This document shows positions 36,381 to 49,359 of a stretch of DNA of 64,000 bases, in pieces (the first letter of the stretch is position 1; the number at the start of each line of letters is the position of its first letter). This DNA is from Hypanus sabinus (Eukaryota). The notes under the pieces were generated by a model. The model had not been told where the DNA came from and ran no database searches. It worked only from the letters and a program-made list of their open reading frames with translations. The translations under genes and the position numbers were made by a program. Location: assembly GCF_030144855.1 (NCBI RefSeq), contig NC_082719.1, forward strand, positions 28,024,001 through 28,088,000, in the 5' to 3' direction.

Positions 36381-38045
36381 ATCTAATCCATTTTTTTAAA
36401 ATACATTTTTAAGGTTCCGAAAATTTGCATGTTTTGAAGATTTGGAGCATCTTTTTTTGTGTCTATATGATCCACAATGTGTGCTCTATTTTGTGATGTG
36501 AGGAGTATCTTAGGAGTGAGCCATAATTATGCACTATTATTTACTATTATCAAGTGTAGCATGAGAATAAAAATACACTTATTGAACATTTATCTTTTGA
36601 GAAAGCCAACATGGATTTATTGAAGGTAAATTATGTTTAATAAGGCAGAGTTTTTGAAGTACAAAGAGGATCAACAAAGGAAATGTAATTGGATATTTCT
36701 GATCTTCCAAATGTGCTTGATAAAGATCCACATGAATAGGTTACCATCAGGATTGAACTCATTAATAAAAGGGGCTATAAGAGGATAGATATTAATGTGT
36801 CTATATAAGAGGAAAGAATTCTAGTGAAAGACTGTTACTGGGTTTGAATGGAAGCGCAGAGTTCAATTCCTTTTTGTAATATATATTAATAATTTGGTCT
36901 TGGATATAGATGTCATAACATACAACTTGGAGAAGATACAAAAGTGACGTAATGAAGAGGACAGAAATATGTTTAGAAGATATAGACAAGTTGGTTCGAA
37001 GGTCGAATTTAATGTCAGAGAAATGTATACAATATACATCCTGAAATGCTTTTTCTTCGCAACCATCTATGAAAACAGAGAAGACCTTGCGTCTTCTGGC
37101 CCACAGTGTAAAATTTTCCAGCCTCCTCGATGACACACGAATATCCTGCTACGACACCGACCCTCAATCTACCTGTCTCGAGAGTCCTGAGATCTTAGGC
37201 TTCCGGACACAATTGAGAATCTCAGGCCAATCCCTTGGCATGTTGAATAACGGCCAGTCGTGGAACCCCGAGAATGGGTCCCATTCCCACAAGAACCAAA
37301 GCCTGTGTGTAACTCCAGGTCAGGGTCTTCAAAAGAACCCTGAAAGGGGAAAAATAAAGATGATAATGATAGAAATAGAGCTGTTTCCGAAGATGGAAGC
37401 AAAGGAGTCGCCGTTAAGCTCTGCCCTTTTTTGGTATGGGTAAATAGATGACAAACAAAATATAAAATGTTGCACTTTTTGTGATTTTAAAAAAGCATAC
37501 AGAACTTCGGGCTTTGAAAATGGATGCATAGAGTACAAGAGCATAGAAGTGCCAATTACCTCTTATAAAACACTCTTAGCTGTAACAGGATATTGTGTTC
37601 TTTCTGGGTGCTGTGCTTTAGGAATATTGTAAGGGTTTTTGAGATGATACAAAAAAAAATAATGATAGTTTTGAAGCTGAGAGAATTTAGCTATGTGACT
37701 GGACTGGGGAAGCTAAAGTTGTTAATGTTATAAAAGTATTTGAAATCAGAATGGTTACAGACATCAGAAAATGAGAAACTTTCACGGTTGGCAATAAGAG
37801 GGAACATAGATTGAAGGAGTGACTAAAGAATCAAGAGTCATGAGAAAAATCTTATGTAATTATATAATTCAAAAGAATTGTGCAAAGAATACAAACAATG
37901 GAGAGCTACAGGGAGAGGATGGGGAGTGAAACTAATTGGATTGTATGAACATCATGGCCTACGTCCAGCTTGTGTATTGACATATTGGATATGAATCTGA
38001 GCAACCTGGCCATAACATAATTTTGGGCTTGTGCGGTTTTTTTAG

Positions 38046-38155
38046 GCTAGTATTGTGACTGGAGATCGTGTGTGGAGGATGCCACTTTTTCAACATTACA
38101 CCAGACAAGTCACAGAATCACAACTAGCAGACCTGAATAACATTGGCAAATACAG
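38046..38155 (+). CDS. LAP3: LAP3 coding exon 12
   Basis: ASIVTGDRVWRMPLFQHYTRQVTESQLADLNNIGKY|gtgaaa, 110 nt. Confidence 0.98.
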
Positions 38156-38319
38156 GTGAAAATTGCATCTTGTCATTAACTTTTAATGTTAAAGTTACAT
38201 TGCTTTACATTGAAGGAATTGAATAATATGTATAACAAAGAGTATGTGATTTAGCCCTTCAAGGATGTTTGCTCCATTTTGTGAAATTGTGGCTTTTACA
38301 ATGTAATTTTACCGAAAGA

Positions 38320-38975
38320 GACTGCTTACCACCTGCTATGCCTCTAGCATATAGGCCAGCAATGAAGGTCCAACTTCTCTGTCTGCCCTTGGCATTTTCT
38401 CTACTGTGCACCAGGTGTGGGTCGGGGTCCTCAATTCTGCCTCTGCAGTACGGCGCCAGGTTGTTTTAGGTCTCCTGCGTTACTCCACCCTTCAGGGGTC
38501 CAGTGAAGTGCTGTCTCAATGGAGTTGGCCTCACTTCCCATCATGTGCTCAATCCATCTCCAATGTTTCCTCATGATGACTGTGGCTATGTCTTCTTGGT
38601 GACCCTGAAGGAGAAGGGTGTGGTTGGAAATCTTTCTTGGCCAGAAAATAAGGAGGATCTTCCAGAGGCTCGTGGTGTGAAATGATGACAGCTTGGCAAG
38701 GTCACATGCTGTCATGCGCCAGAATTCTGACCTGTACAAAAGTGCGAACAGAACACAGCTCATACAGTGTCACCTTGTGGTGTAGACACTGTATTTGGTT
38801 GAACCCCATATGTTGCTCATTGATTTGAAGATGTTTCTAATTTTGCTGAGTCTGCACTGGATGTTGTCCTTGGTTCCACCTTCCTGCTATTCGGGTAGGT
38901 GAATCTGCCGGTGCTGGGTAAGCTGATGACGTATGCCTCGACGGAGGAGGAGACTCTGTTGAGGGTCACAGTCTC
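38320..38975 (-). mobile_element. RTE-clade LINE 3' fragment
   Basis: LLYRSEFW..KLSSFHTTSLWKILLIFWPRKISN..RWIEH..ALHWTPEG. Confidence 0.82.
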
Positions 38976-40119
38976 AACAGTTCCTTTTAATATCAGAGAA
39001 TATATACAATATACAAACTGAAATTGTTATTCTATGCTGACCCACAAAATAGAAGAAAAACTCCAAAGAATAAATAACAGAAAAAGAAACACAAGAACCC
39101 CAAAGCCCACCCCGTCCCACGCACAAGCAAAAACATTTACCCTCCCTCCTCCCCCCCACTTATTCCAGTAGGGAGCATCAGTGCCCACCACACACCAAGC
39201 AAGCAATAGGAAAGCCCCAAAAGAGAGACTGACCTATTGTTCACTCAATCAATTTGAAATGCCACAGGCACTCTCTCACTAACAAGGGAGAGAGATATCA
39301 GTCCTTTCCACAGCGAGAGGGCAGACAAATAGCTTGCTGTTTCAATATTATAGTCTGAAGCGTCACTTTCCCCCAGTTCAAGAATCAGCAGCAAACTCTC
39401 ACTCACCATCAAGAGAAAGAGCAAGAGTGATCACCTGAGTGCAGAGGCCTCTGACAGTCACACCCGCTGTTTCGAAGTTCTGGTCTCCCACGGCACTTTA
39501 GTTTGTGACACTGGTGAGAAATTGAGGCCACAGGGCCATATCCCAAAGGCAACTGTCTTCAGGCCACTCCTGGAGATATTGAAACCCTGTCGATCAGCGA
39601 GCTCCAAGAACAGGAACCCACCACCATGAAGAACTGCAGTTTGAATGCAGCTGTAGACCGAGGACTCCTGAAAGGACCCCAGCTACCTTGAAAAAGAAAG
39701 AGGCATGAGAAAGAAGAAGAATTTAAGCTGGTACACAAATTGGCTGGGAGAAGTCACTCTCTGGCTCCATGTTATCCTGAGTCTCAGTCTGTCTCTGGCT
39801 GACTCTGTCAACCTCAGACCAACCTGTCCACCAAAGGCACACAGGCGCTGAGTTTTCTCTGAAAGAGACTTGTACATACAAGTTGTTCTACGGGGGCCCG
39901 AGAGGTTGCTCAGCAAAGATTCATTTTCTATTGTTTAACACTCATTTTTGGCTCTGGAATACCTAATATTATTAAATGCCTTTAGAGGAAGGATAATGGA
40001 TAATCAGTCAGCTGTATTGCATGAATGATGTCTTTGCAGAGTCCATCAGCAGAATGTGAAAAAACGCATCTTGAGGAGGGAAAAAAATTCTGACTGAGGT
40101 TAGAGACTGAACCAGATGC

Positions 40120-41765
40120 ACGTCAGCTGTGGCAGGGTTTGCAGGCCAGTATTTCCTACAGATGAAACCCAAAATCATGAATGGCTGTGATACTTCACTC
40201 CCAGATGAGCTCAATACCTTTTATGCATGCTTTGAAGGGGAGAGTAGAGTGTTACACCTGTGTGAATGCCTGCAGCATCTGGTGACCATCCAACCTGTCT
40301 CAGAAGCCGATGTCAGAACATCTTTCAAGAGGGTGAATACTCGCAAGGTGTCAGGACCTGATGGCATACCTGGTAGGGCTCTGAAAACCTGTGCCAACCA
40401 ACTGTTAGGAGTGCTTGAGGACATCTTCAATCTCCCATTGCTGCAGTCAGAGCTTTTCACCTGCTTCAAAGTGGCAACAATCATACTAGTGCCTAAGAAG
40501 AATAGGGTGAATTGCCTCAATGACTATCGCCCAATTACACTCACATCTACTGTGGTGAAGTAAAGAGGTTGGTCATGGTTAGAATCAACTCCTGCCTAAG
40601 CAAGGACCTGGACATGCTGCAATTTTTACATCGCTACAATAGGTCTATAGCAGATGTTATCTCACTGGCTCTCCACTTGACCTTAGATCACCTGGGCAAT
40701 AGTAATACCTATGTCAGCCTGTTGTTCAATGATTACAACTCAGCATTCAACACAATCATACCCTTAGTTCTAACCAGCAGGCTCCAAAACCTCTGTACCC
40801 CCCTCTGCAACTGGATTCTTGATTTCTTCACCAGGAGAGCACAGTGTAGCACATCAGAAATAGCATCTTTTCCTTGCTGACAATCAGTATGGGTGCACCT
40901 CAAGCATGCACACCTAGCCAACTGCTCTACTCTTTTTACACCCACACCTGTGTGGCTAAGCACAGCTCAAACACCTTCTATAAATTTGCTGACGACACAA
41001 CTATAGTTGGCAGAGTTTTAGATGGTGATGAGGAAGTGTACAGGAGCAAGATAAATCAGCTGGTTGAATGTTGTCGCATCAATGACCATCAGTAAGACCA
41101 AGGAATTGATTTGAAATTCAGGAAGGGAAAGTCAAGGGAATACACATCAGTCCTCCATTGAGGGACCAGCAATGGAAAAGGTCAATAGTTCCATGTTCCT
41201 GGGTGTCAACATCTCTGAAGATCTATGCTGGGCCCAACATATTAATGCAATTACAAAGAAGCACAACAGTGGCTGTATTTCATTAGAAGTATGAGGAGGC
41301 TTGGGATTTCACCAACAAAAATTTCTGCAGAGGGCGTTCTACTTGGCATTACTCTGGTATGCACAGGATCAGAAAAGCTGCAGAAACTTGTCTCAGCCAG
41401 CTCCATCATGGGCAGTTTCTTCCCCAGCATCAAGGACACCTTCAAAGGACAATGCCTCAAAAAGGCAGCAGTCATCATTAAGGACCCCCATCACCCAGGA
41501 CATGCCTTCTTCTCTTCGCTGTAATCAGGGAGCAGGTACAGGAGCCTGAGGACACACACTCAACATTTCAGGAACAGCTTCTTCCCCTCTGCCATCAGAT
41601 TTCTGAATGGACAGTGGACCTCAATTTTCTCTCTCTTTTTGTACTATTTAATTTTTGATATACGTATACTCATTGTAATTATTTTTACTATTACGTATTG
41701 CAATGTACTGCTGCTGCAAACCAACATATTTCACAACTTATGCCAGTGATATCAAACCTGATTTG
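40120..41765 (+). mobile_element. Rex1/Babar LINE, degenerate RT
   Basis: LPDELNTFYACFE, GPDGIPGRALKTCANQL, NDYRPITLTS, SAFNTI, GAPQ, KFADDTT, DPHHPGHAFFS. Confidence 0.92.
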
Positions 41766-42014
41766 GAGAAGTTGATAGCAACTTCTATTTAATTTTTAAT
41801 TGATCATGTGCAGTTTCCTAAATTGTTGTTAGTTTAACAATGAACACTGATAGCCTTGATGTCATGAATACAAGTTACAGGACACTTTCAGAATATAGCT
41901 TAGCATCTATAGGAATTATAGATTAATGTTTCTTTGTCATTTTCTCATATTTCCTTATGAGATACAAGGGAGCCATTCAGCACATTGTGTTTATGCCATC
42001 ATGTCCTTTTTCCC

Positions 42015-42230
42015 CAAAAAATACTGGGGGATCTCAGCAGGTCCAGGAGCATCTATGGAGAGAAATAGAGGCAATGTTTCTGGCCGAGACCCTTCATGAG
42101 TCCTGATGAATCGTGAAGGGTCTATAGGTGAAAATGTTGACTGTTCATTCCTCTTCATGGATGCTGCCTGATCAGTGGAGTTTAAACAGCATTTTGTGTG
42201 ATTTCCAGCATCTACAGAATCTCTTGTGTT
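42015..42230. mobile_element. Palindromic element of two inverted Penelope terminal repeats, each with a hammerhead-like core
   Basis: Minus copy CTCATGA-AGGGTCTCGGCCA-GAAAC (42100-42076) abuts plus copy CTGATGA..GAAAATGTTGACTG (42103-42143). Confidence 0.8.
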
Positions 42231-42244
42231 TGTTATCCCATTTC

Positions 42245-42450
42245 CCCACATTTTTTTCCCTGTAACCTATTAACACCCAAACTGATTCTTGTGCTGGCAA
42301 GGGTGATTTTCAGTCACCAATTAACTTAACCACCAGCATATATTTTGGAAGTAGGAGGAAACTGGAATACCTGGAAACTCATGTGGTTACAGGGACCATG
42401 TACAACCTCCACTCACAGTGCACAAGAGGCCAGAATTGTACCAGAATTAT
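42245..42450 (-). mobile_element. V-SINE/HE1-like SINE
   Basis: ggaggaaactggaatacctggaaactcatgtggttacaggg is a reverse V-domain. Confidence 0.6.
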
Positions 42451-43224
42451 TTTCCCCACATTGTTTTCATTTAACAAATTGTATTTCTGCTAATATCAAG
42501 TTATAAAGGTGCCACAGGAGCATAGTTATATCCATGTTCTATTTTGTGTGACTTCTTATCTGTACTTGCTTTCCTTTGTTAAGACATATGTACAGTACAT
42601 TAATGCTTTGGGTACTCTTTTCGACAAGCAGCTCAGCGTTTATAATTCTGAGAAGTCTGAGGGCCTAATGTTATATCATCTTTTTCATCATGTGCAGAAA
42701 TTTTTTAAGAGAATCCAGATTCACAACTCCTCATCGTGTTGCAAGTACCCATCTCCAAAAAGCTATGCACATTTTTCGTTCTGTTGCTTACATTGTAAAC
42801 TGCATGTTCATTTTGTCACTGTTTCTATTATTGCATTGGCTCATAATGCAAGGAATTTACATATTTTATTTAGTTTACTTCAGTCCATTTGACTTTCGCT
42901 TACTGTACCTCAGTAACTTCTTGGATATCTGTTTCAAGTCAAGTCAACTTTTATTGTCATTTTGACCATAACTGTACCATATGCTGGTACAGTGCATAGT
43001 AAAAATGAGACGTTTTTCAGGACCATGCTGTTACATGACACAGTACAAAATCTAGACCAAACTACATAATAAAAAAAATGCATATATACTTCATTATTAG
43101 CAGTTGGGCATCTAGCCATCTAAATATCACTTAATAGATTTTCTTCTTTACGCTGTTTTCCTCTTCTCTTAAAATTTGATTGACCACCAAGCTCTTAGGC
43201 CTACCTTTTAGTCACCTGTTACAG

Positions 43225-43592
43225 GTATTGCCATCAGGAAGGAGGTGCAGGAGTCTCAGGACACTCACCACCAGGTTCATTTATTACCCCTCAATCATCA
43301 GGCTCTTGAACCAGAGGGAATAACTTCACTCAACTTTACTTACCCCATCACTGAACTGAACACAACCTGTGGACTCAATTTCAAGGACTCTTCTTCTCAT
43401 GTTCTTGATATTTATTACTTATTTACTTCTCTTTTTGTATTTGCAGTTTGTTGTCTTTTGTCCATCCTGTTGGGGGCAGTCTGTCATTGATTCTATTGTT
43501 TCTTGTATTTACTGTGATGGCCTGCAAGGAAATTAATCTCTGGTTTATATACGGACATGTACTTTGATAATAAATTTACTTTGAACTTTGTT
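43225..43592 (+). mobile_element. Rex1/Babar LINE 3' fragment
   Basis: gccatcaggaaggagg..caccaggttca..catcaggctcttgaa; tail tactttgataataaatttactttgaactttg. Confidence 0.75.
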
Positions 43593-43949
43593 TATGCTTT
43601 GGTAAGAATATCTGGACATGCTATATTCAGTGATCTTATGTAAATGCTGATCTATATTGTAGCTGAATTTTATCTTGGCATACGCAGTGGTGTCAGAATA
43701 AATGGTACAATATAACAAACTGTATAATTATGGAAATGAAAGTGAATTAGTCAACCACGAAACTTTATCCACCTCGTAGTGTTCCAGACAGTGTTACTTA
43801 CAATCGATGAGCAGAAATTGAGGGGAACAGTATGACAGACCATCCCACAGAAATTGTTACTTTTGTGTATTATTTCTAGAAAGAGAATTTAAAGATATGT
43901 ATTCACCCAGGCCACTTGTTAACTTTGACTTTGCTTTGATATACTCCAG

Positions 43950-44148
43950 CAGGTCTGGTGGAGCATGTACAGCTGCAGCTTTCCTTCGAGAATTTGTAAC
44001 GGTACCTCACTGGGCTCATCTTGACATTGCTGGTGTAATGTCAAACAAAGATGAAGTTCCTTATCTACGCAAGGGAATGGCAGGAAGACCAACACGAACA
44101 TTAGTGGAATTTGCAGTCTCCCTGAGCCAAGAAGATCAGAAATCATAA
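43950..44148 (+). CDS. LAP3: LAP3 coding exon 13 (last); alternative acceptor gives start 43953
   Basis: (S)RSGGACTAAAFLREFVTVPHWAHLDIAGVMSNKDEVPYLRKGMAGRPTRTLVEF..TAA; joined CDS is 1569 or 1566 nt, in frame. Confidence 0.97.
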
Positions 44149-44604
44149 ACTGCATATTTATTGAATATTTCACATGTTTTCCTTCTTCATTTTTAGAACA
44201 ATGGCAAAATATACCAGTCACATTATTTGTGTCTGTGAATTAGTTTAACTTTACATTTACTCCTCACCTTTGAGCTAGAATTTGATAGTTAATTTTTAGA
44301 GGAGATTTTTTAAAATTAACTTTTATAATCATGAAGATAATTGCAGGGGTGGTTTCTACCCGTATTACAAATGATTTTATTTCCTGAACTATGACCTATC
44401 ATGCTACAGAGGAATGTTTGTAGCAGCACCAAAATTGCAATGTGCCCTATCTTTCTTGTTCAGTTACAGTAATAACCTATCAGGTTTTGAAAAATACTGA
44501 ATGTAATTGAGAAATGTCCAGTTGAAAGGAAAAGTCAATACTTGCCTTGTGCTTTTATTGTTTCTTTGACCTTTTATAATAAGCAAAGTTGAGCCCATAC
44601 GTCA

Positions 44605-44620
44605 AATAAATGAAAATAAA
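44605..44620 (+). terminator. Candidate LAP3 polyadenylation signals (two AATAAA)
   Basis: AATAAA at 44605 and 44615, about 460 nt after the stop. Confidence 0.6.
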
Positions 44621-45344
44621 CTGTACATAATCCTTATTGATCATCCAATCATTGCTAAACACATTCAATATAGGCAAAGTGAATGTTGAATAATTAAACA
44701 GTATAAAGAAGGAAGGTGTGAAAAATTCCAAAGCTGTGACAATAGGACATGAGGAATAACTTTAAGTAGCATACTGAGAAACAATGGTAGAGACTTCTGG
44801 ATGGATGAACTAAAATCATGCAAGTGTCTTCATATGATTTTGGAAAACTGAGACAATATTCTTTATGCATGATAAAAAGTGCTCTGCAAGTGCCACTGAA
44901 AGCTGTCCAGCCTAAAGCAGCACTTGAATATTTTAAGGTCTCTAACTAATTTCTTGTTTCAAAGTAGTGGTCCTGAACCTTCACTCTCTCTTACTCCACA
45001 TAAAGAAGAAACATTTTACTCCTTTGCAGACCGTCGGATGTTCAAACAATTTGCTTGCATGCATCTTGATCTGAATAACATTCAGCCTTGGAGTTCTAAG
45101 TGGTAAGAAGCATTCAGATAACAAACTGCAAGGTGATGATTATCACAAGCAATAGAGAATCGTTACATTTTCTCCCTTTACATTCAATGGCACTATCATC
45201 TCCAAATCCCTCACATCATCATCTTGAGATCATTGTTGACCAGGAACTTAACAGGAGCAGGTTCAAGACTGGGCCTTCTGCATTGAGTGGCTGTTCCTCA
45301 CTGGCTGAAGTTATTCTCTCTTCTAGAAGGCACAATTCAGGAAA

Positions 45345-45412
45345 TACAGTACTGTGCAAAAGCCTTAGACTCCCTAGCTATATCTAAGTACCTCACTTTG
45401 CACAGTATTGTA
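45345..45412. mobile_element. Tiny Tc1-type MITE hairpin
   Basis: ta-cagtactgtgcaaaag...ctttgcacagtattg-ta. Confidence 0.7.
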
Positions 45413-45796
45413 ATAATTTCTGTATTGTGCTATACTGCTGCAAAAAAATCAAATTTCATGACATAGGAGCAATGATAAACCTGATTCTTTTAGGGATCTC
45501 TATTGTGGATGGAGAGTGGGAAGGAGCCAGTGAAGGGGAATCATGGTTTGGAAAAGGGGAGGGAGTGGAAAGAACCAGAGAGACATTCTGTAATGATCAA
45601 TAAACCAATTGTTTGGAATCAAATGACCTTGCCTGGTGTCTCATGGCTGGGTGTGTCTGCATCTGCTCTGTCTGCCCACCCCTGGCACTCCTCTGCCACC
45701 TGTCCCACACCCCTCCCATGGCACTCCATCCTTGCCATACATAACACCCTTGGCTCCTGCTAGATTTACAAGCTTGCTCTCTGCTCCACTTTGACA

Positions 45797-45870
45797 TACA
45801 GTATTGTGCAAAAATTTTAGGCACCCTAGTGTTAAATGTATGTGCCTAAGACTTTTGTTACAGTACTGTA
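45797..45870. mobile_element. Tiny Tc1-type MITE hairpin
   Basis: ta-cagtattgtgcaaaaattttaggcac...gtgcctaagacttttgttacagtactg-ta. Confidence 0.75.
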
Positions 45871-45879
45871 CTCCAGTTG

Positions 45880-46482
45880 TAAACAAAAGATTCTGCAGAT
45901 GCTGGAAATCAGAGCAACACACACAAGATGCTGGGGGAGCTCAGCAAGTCAGGGAACATAGTGGAGACCCTTCATCAGGACTGGAAAGGAAAGGGAGAAG
46001 ATGCTACAATAAGATGGGGGAGGTGAAGGAGGAAAGCTAGAAGGTGGTAGGTGAAGTCAGATGAGCCTGCAAGGAGGGATGAAGTATGAAGCTGGGAGGG
46101 GATAGGTGGAGAAGAAGGAATCTGATAGAGGAGAGAGGGCCATTGAAGAAAAGGGAGGAGGATAGGTGATAGGCAGGTAAGAGGCCAGAGTGGGGAATTA
46201 AAGGAAAGGGGGAGGTAAAGATAATCTAAAGTTGGGAGAGATCAATGTTTACGCCATCAAGTTGGAGGCTACCTAGATGGAATATGAGGTGGTGGTCATC
46301 TAATCTGAGAATGGCCTCATCATGGCAGAAGAGGAGGGCATGGACTGATAAGTCAGAACGGGAATGGGGATAGGAATTAACATAGTTGGCTGCAAGGAAA
46401 TCCCGCTTTTGCGAATGGAGCAGAGGTGCTCGGCAAAGCAGTCCCCCAAGCTACGTCGGGACTCACCAATGTAGAGGAGCAC
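45880..46482 (-). mobile_element. Penelope-like element 3' end: GIY-YIG endonuclease fragment plus terminal repeat
   Basis: LLYIGESRRSLGDCFAEHL (YIG half of GIY-YIG); downstream CAGTC-CTGATGA-AGGGTCTC at 45983-45964. Confidence 0.9.
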
Positions 46483-46999
46483 GAGACAGAGTGGATGATC
46501 AATTGTCGGTATTTCTATAAATAATCAAGAATCTTAAAGCAGCATGCCCATTGGACATTCTGTCATATCCTAAACGTCCCCAGACTGTACCATGTACAAA
46601 ACGGCCAGAGGCATCTTGCTAAGGTTATTCAAAAACAGTACATGGAGAAATAACTTGCACCTTTTTTTCACTTCAGTATTTGCTTTTATATTAATGATCA
46701 ATAATAATGTAGGTAGTAATAATGCATATTTCATTATACCCATTTTACTGGATATTCTTTTCTGAAATCAGTAAGAAAGTTGAGAATAATATTTAAGTGA
46801 CATGAGATCTGCAAATCTGTTGAGTGAAGAATGACTGCCCATAAACAAAATTACCCATAATGCAATCAGTGCTAATTTACTGTACAGTATTAACCAACTG
46901 CACCAGATTTTAAGTCCTCTTGTTTTTCACTTAATAGTTGTAGAATACGTTGGCCATCGTTACTCTTTGTCAACTTTCATTAGTTCATTTCCACTCTCA

Positions 47000-47180
47000 C
47001 TTCCTTTCCACCCATTCTTTCCGAGATTCACCTATAGCTTGCCGGCTCTTCGTCTGCCTCTTCTCCCCTTGCCTCTTCTTTCAGTCCAGATGAAACGTTT
47101 CGACTCTAAATTTTGACGGTCCAGTCTACCCTACAGATGCTGCCCAACCTACTGAGTTCCTCCGGCAGCTTCTTTTGCTT
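47000..47180 (+). mobile_element. Old Penelope terminal-repeat fragment
   Basis: cagtccagatgaaacgtttcgactctaaattttgacgg..cagatgctgcccaacctactgagttcctcc. Confidence 0.65.
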
Positions 47181-47559
47181 TATTTGTTTAATTTTCGAAT
47201 GGAATTTGAAGCAATGCTTAGGTTGGTTTGTTGATATCAGATATGGTAACACCATGGTAGTGTTTGAACATCAATTATCATTTCAAAGGAACTTCATGAA
47301 CTGAACTGGCAACCAACACGTAGTGCAGATTCCACAAACTATAGTGATTTAACATAGCGATTAAATATTAGACAGGGTCATAATAAAGCGAAACTGTCAT
47401 TAAAAATTAAGACACCCGGACAAAGCGTCAAAATATAAATCACAGGGAACTTTTACACGAATATGACAGAAGGGAAAACCAATAGGTCATCTCGACGTAT
47501 TCACTCGGTAATCAAACTCCTTTAAAATTTGCTATTCCCGGTTAAGGGTCGAAAGAACT

Positions 47560-47633
47560 GTCCAAACTCCGCCTGCACTTTCTGCGCAGACTCGGGGCTG
47601 CGCGTGCGCACCGAGATCCCGGAAAATGGCGGC
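47560..47633 (+). promoter_or_regulatory. MED28 CpG-island promoter with NRF1, ETS and YY1 motifs
   Basis: TGCGCGTGCGCA (47599-47610); CCGGAA and AAAATGGCGGC overlap the ATG. Confidence 0.7.
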
Positions 47634-47793
47634 TTCGCTGTCGGGGATGTTCTCACACCCGCCGCAAAACCCCAACCCGCCACCTCCACCGCCGCCCCCC
47701 GGGTCCGGGGCCACGGCTGTGGCCTCTGCATCCACGGCCGTGCCAGTACGGCCTCCCAGCACCCTGGTGGACGAACTCGAAGCTTCATTTGAG
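47626..47793 (+). CDS. MED28: MED28 coding exon 1
   Basis: MAASLSGMFSHPPQNPNPPPPPPPPG...STLVDELEASFE|gtaatg. Confidence 0.97.
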
Positions 47794-48594
47794 GTAATGG
47801 CGGTGCGTGAGGGCCGGCGGTTTTTCAGCGGGGAAGGTGGCTGCTGTATCCCGGGACGGATGGGATGGGAGGTGCATGAGTGCTCTTAATAATCAGCCTT
47901 TTATTGCACCTGCATTTATTGCGAAAGAATGAATAAGCTGGATTTTTAGAAAAAAACGGATTTATATGAAGCAACACACACAAAATACACACATATAACG
48001 TGTGTAGCGATTAAAATTAGAGAAGATAAACTGGACAATTCAGGAGAAAGTTTTGTACTAGTAAACTTTATATAGTACTTTATATGTATGTAGGACCATT
48101 TGCCTTTTATTTCTATCAATGTCAGGTAAATTTGAAAGCATGTTGCACGAAGTATGGAGATAATTTCTTAAATTTTTTATTTATCATGGGTGATTAATTT
48201 ATCAATTAGAGAGAATTCTGGATAATAAGTGAAACAGTGTTGACAGACAGACATACTTTATTGAACCCGAGGGAAATTGGGTTTCGTTACAGCCACACCA
48301 ACCAAGAATAGTGAAGAAATATAGCAATAATTGTTGATAGTTTCTGTAGCACCATTTTCCAGCTGCAGGCTCTAACAGCTGGACGAGCAAAGACAGCAAA
48401 TATATGCGATTGTCATGGTGAATTAGTTACACTGGAAAGCACACAGAATCTTGACTTGGAAATACATCATTGTTGGATCTGAATTCTGGAACTCCTTACC
48501 AAACAGCAGAATGGAATACATTCATCTGGAGGGTTGCAGCAGATCAATATGGTGGTTCACTCACTCTTTCACAGGGACAATACAAATTTTGGCA

Positions 48595-48790
48595 GACCAT
48601 AAGAACATAACATATAAGAAATAGGAGCAGGAGTAGGCCATCTGGCCATGGACTCCTCTCCACCTACCTGCCTTTTCCCTATGACCCTTAATTCCCCTGC
48701 TATGCAAAAATCTATCCAACATTGCCTTAAATATATTTACTGAGGTATCCTCCACTGCTTCATTGGGCAGAGAATTTCTCAGATTCCATA
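48595..48790 (-). mobile_element. CR1 LINE 3' end
   Basis: cataagaacataacatataagaaataggagcaggagtaggccatctggcc is a reverse CR1 tail. Confidence 0.8.
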
Positions 48791-49292
48791 CTACTGTGTT
48801 CTTTTGTTATTCTTTAGAATCCTTTGTATGTTGTACATCTTCATTTTTGTTACAGTATAATGTTACTCCCAATACAATGGCTGGATGAGGTTTTACAATT
48901 CTTTGATAGTCTGAGTAAATCATGCCCTTAATCCTGTCAAACTTGTATCCCATTGGAGAAACACTTACTTTGGCTGCACTGCTCACAGTTCAGATTGTCA
49001 TGTTCATATTATATTTAAAACTTAATGTTTGGAAAAGTTTCTTGTTTCTACTTTTTCCACAAGATTTTATTACACTAGTGTGATTGTTGGCTGCTCTGTC
49101 TATTTAATTGTTTCCCTTTCATGGACATGCTTAGCTTACCCCAGTTTAATAACAAGCTACCTCACAAATATTTTGCTGACATATTTGGTTACTTGCTATC
49201 CCTGACCTTGATTTGTACTCCAATTATAACATAATGGAAAATTGCTCTTGTGCTGGATTGTTTCTGTTAAATTAATTGAGAATTTCTTGTAG

Positions 49293-49359
49293 GCCTGCTT
49301 TGCATCATTGGTCAGTCAAGACTATGTGAATGGCACAGATCAAGAAGAAATTAGAACAG
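49293..49359 (+). CDS. MED28: MED28 coding exon 2
   Basis: ag|[23 protein letters not shown]|gt, 67 nt. Confidence 0.98.

Noticed and set aside
43897-43949. N-terminal part of ORF 43897-44148 as coding
   Set aside because: Intronic branch/polypyrimidine region; LAP3 homology starts at the AG acceptors
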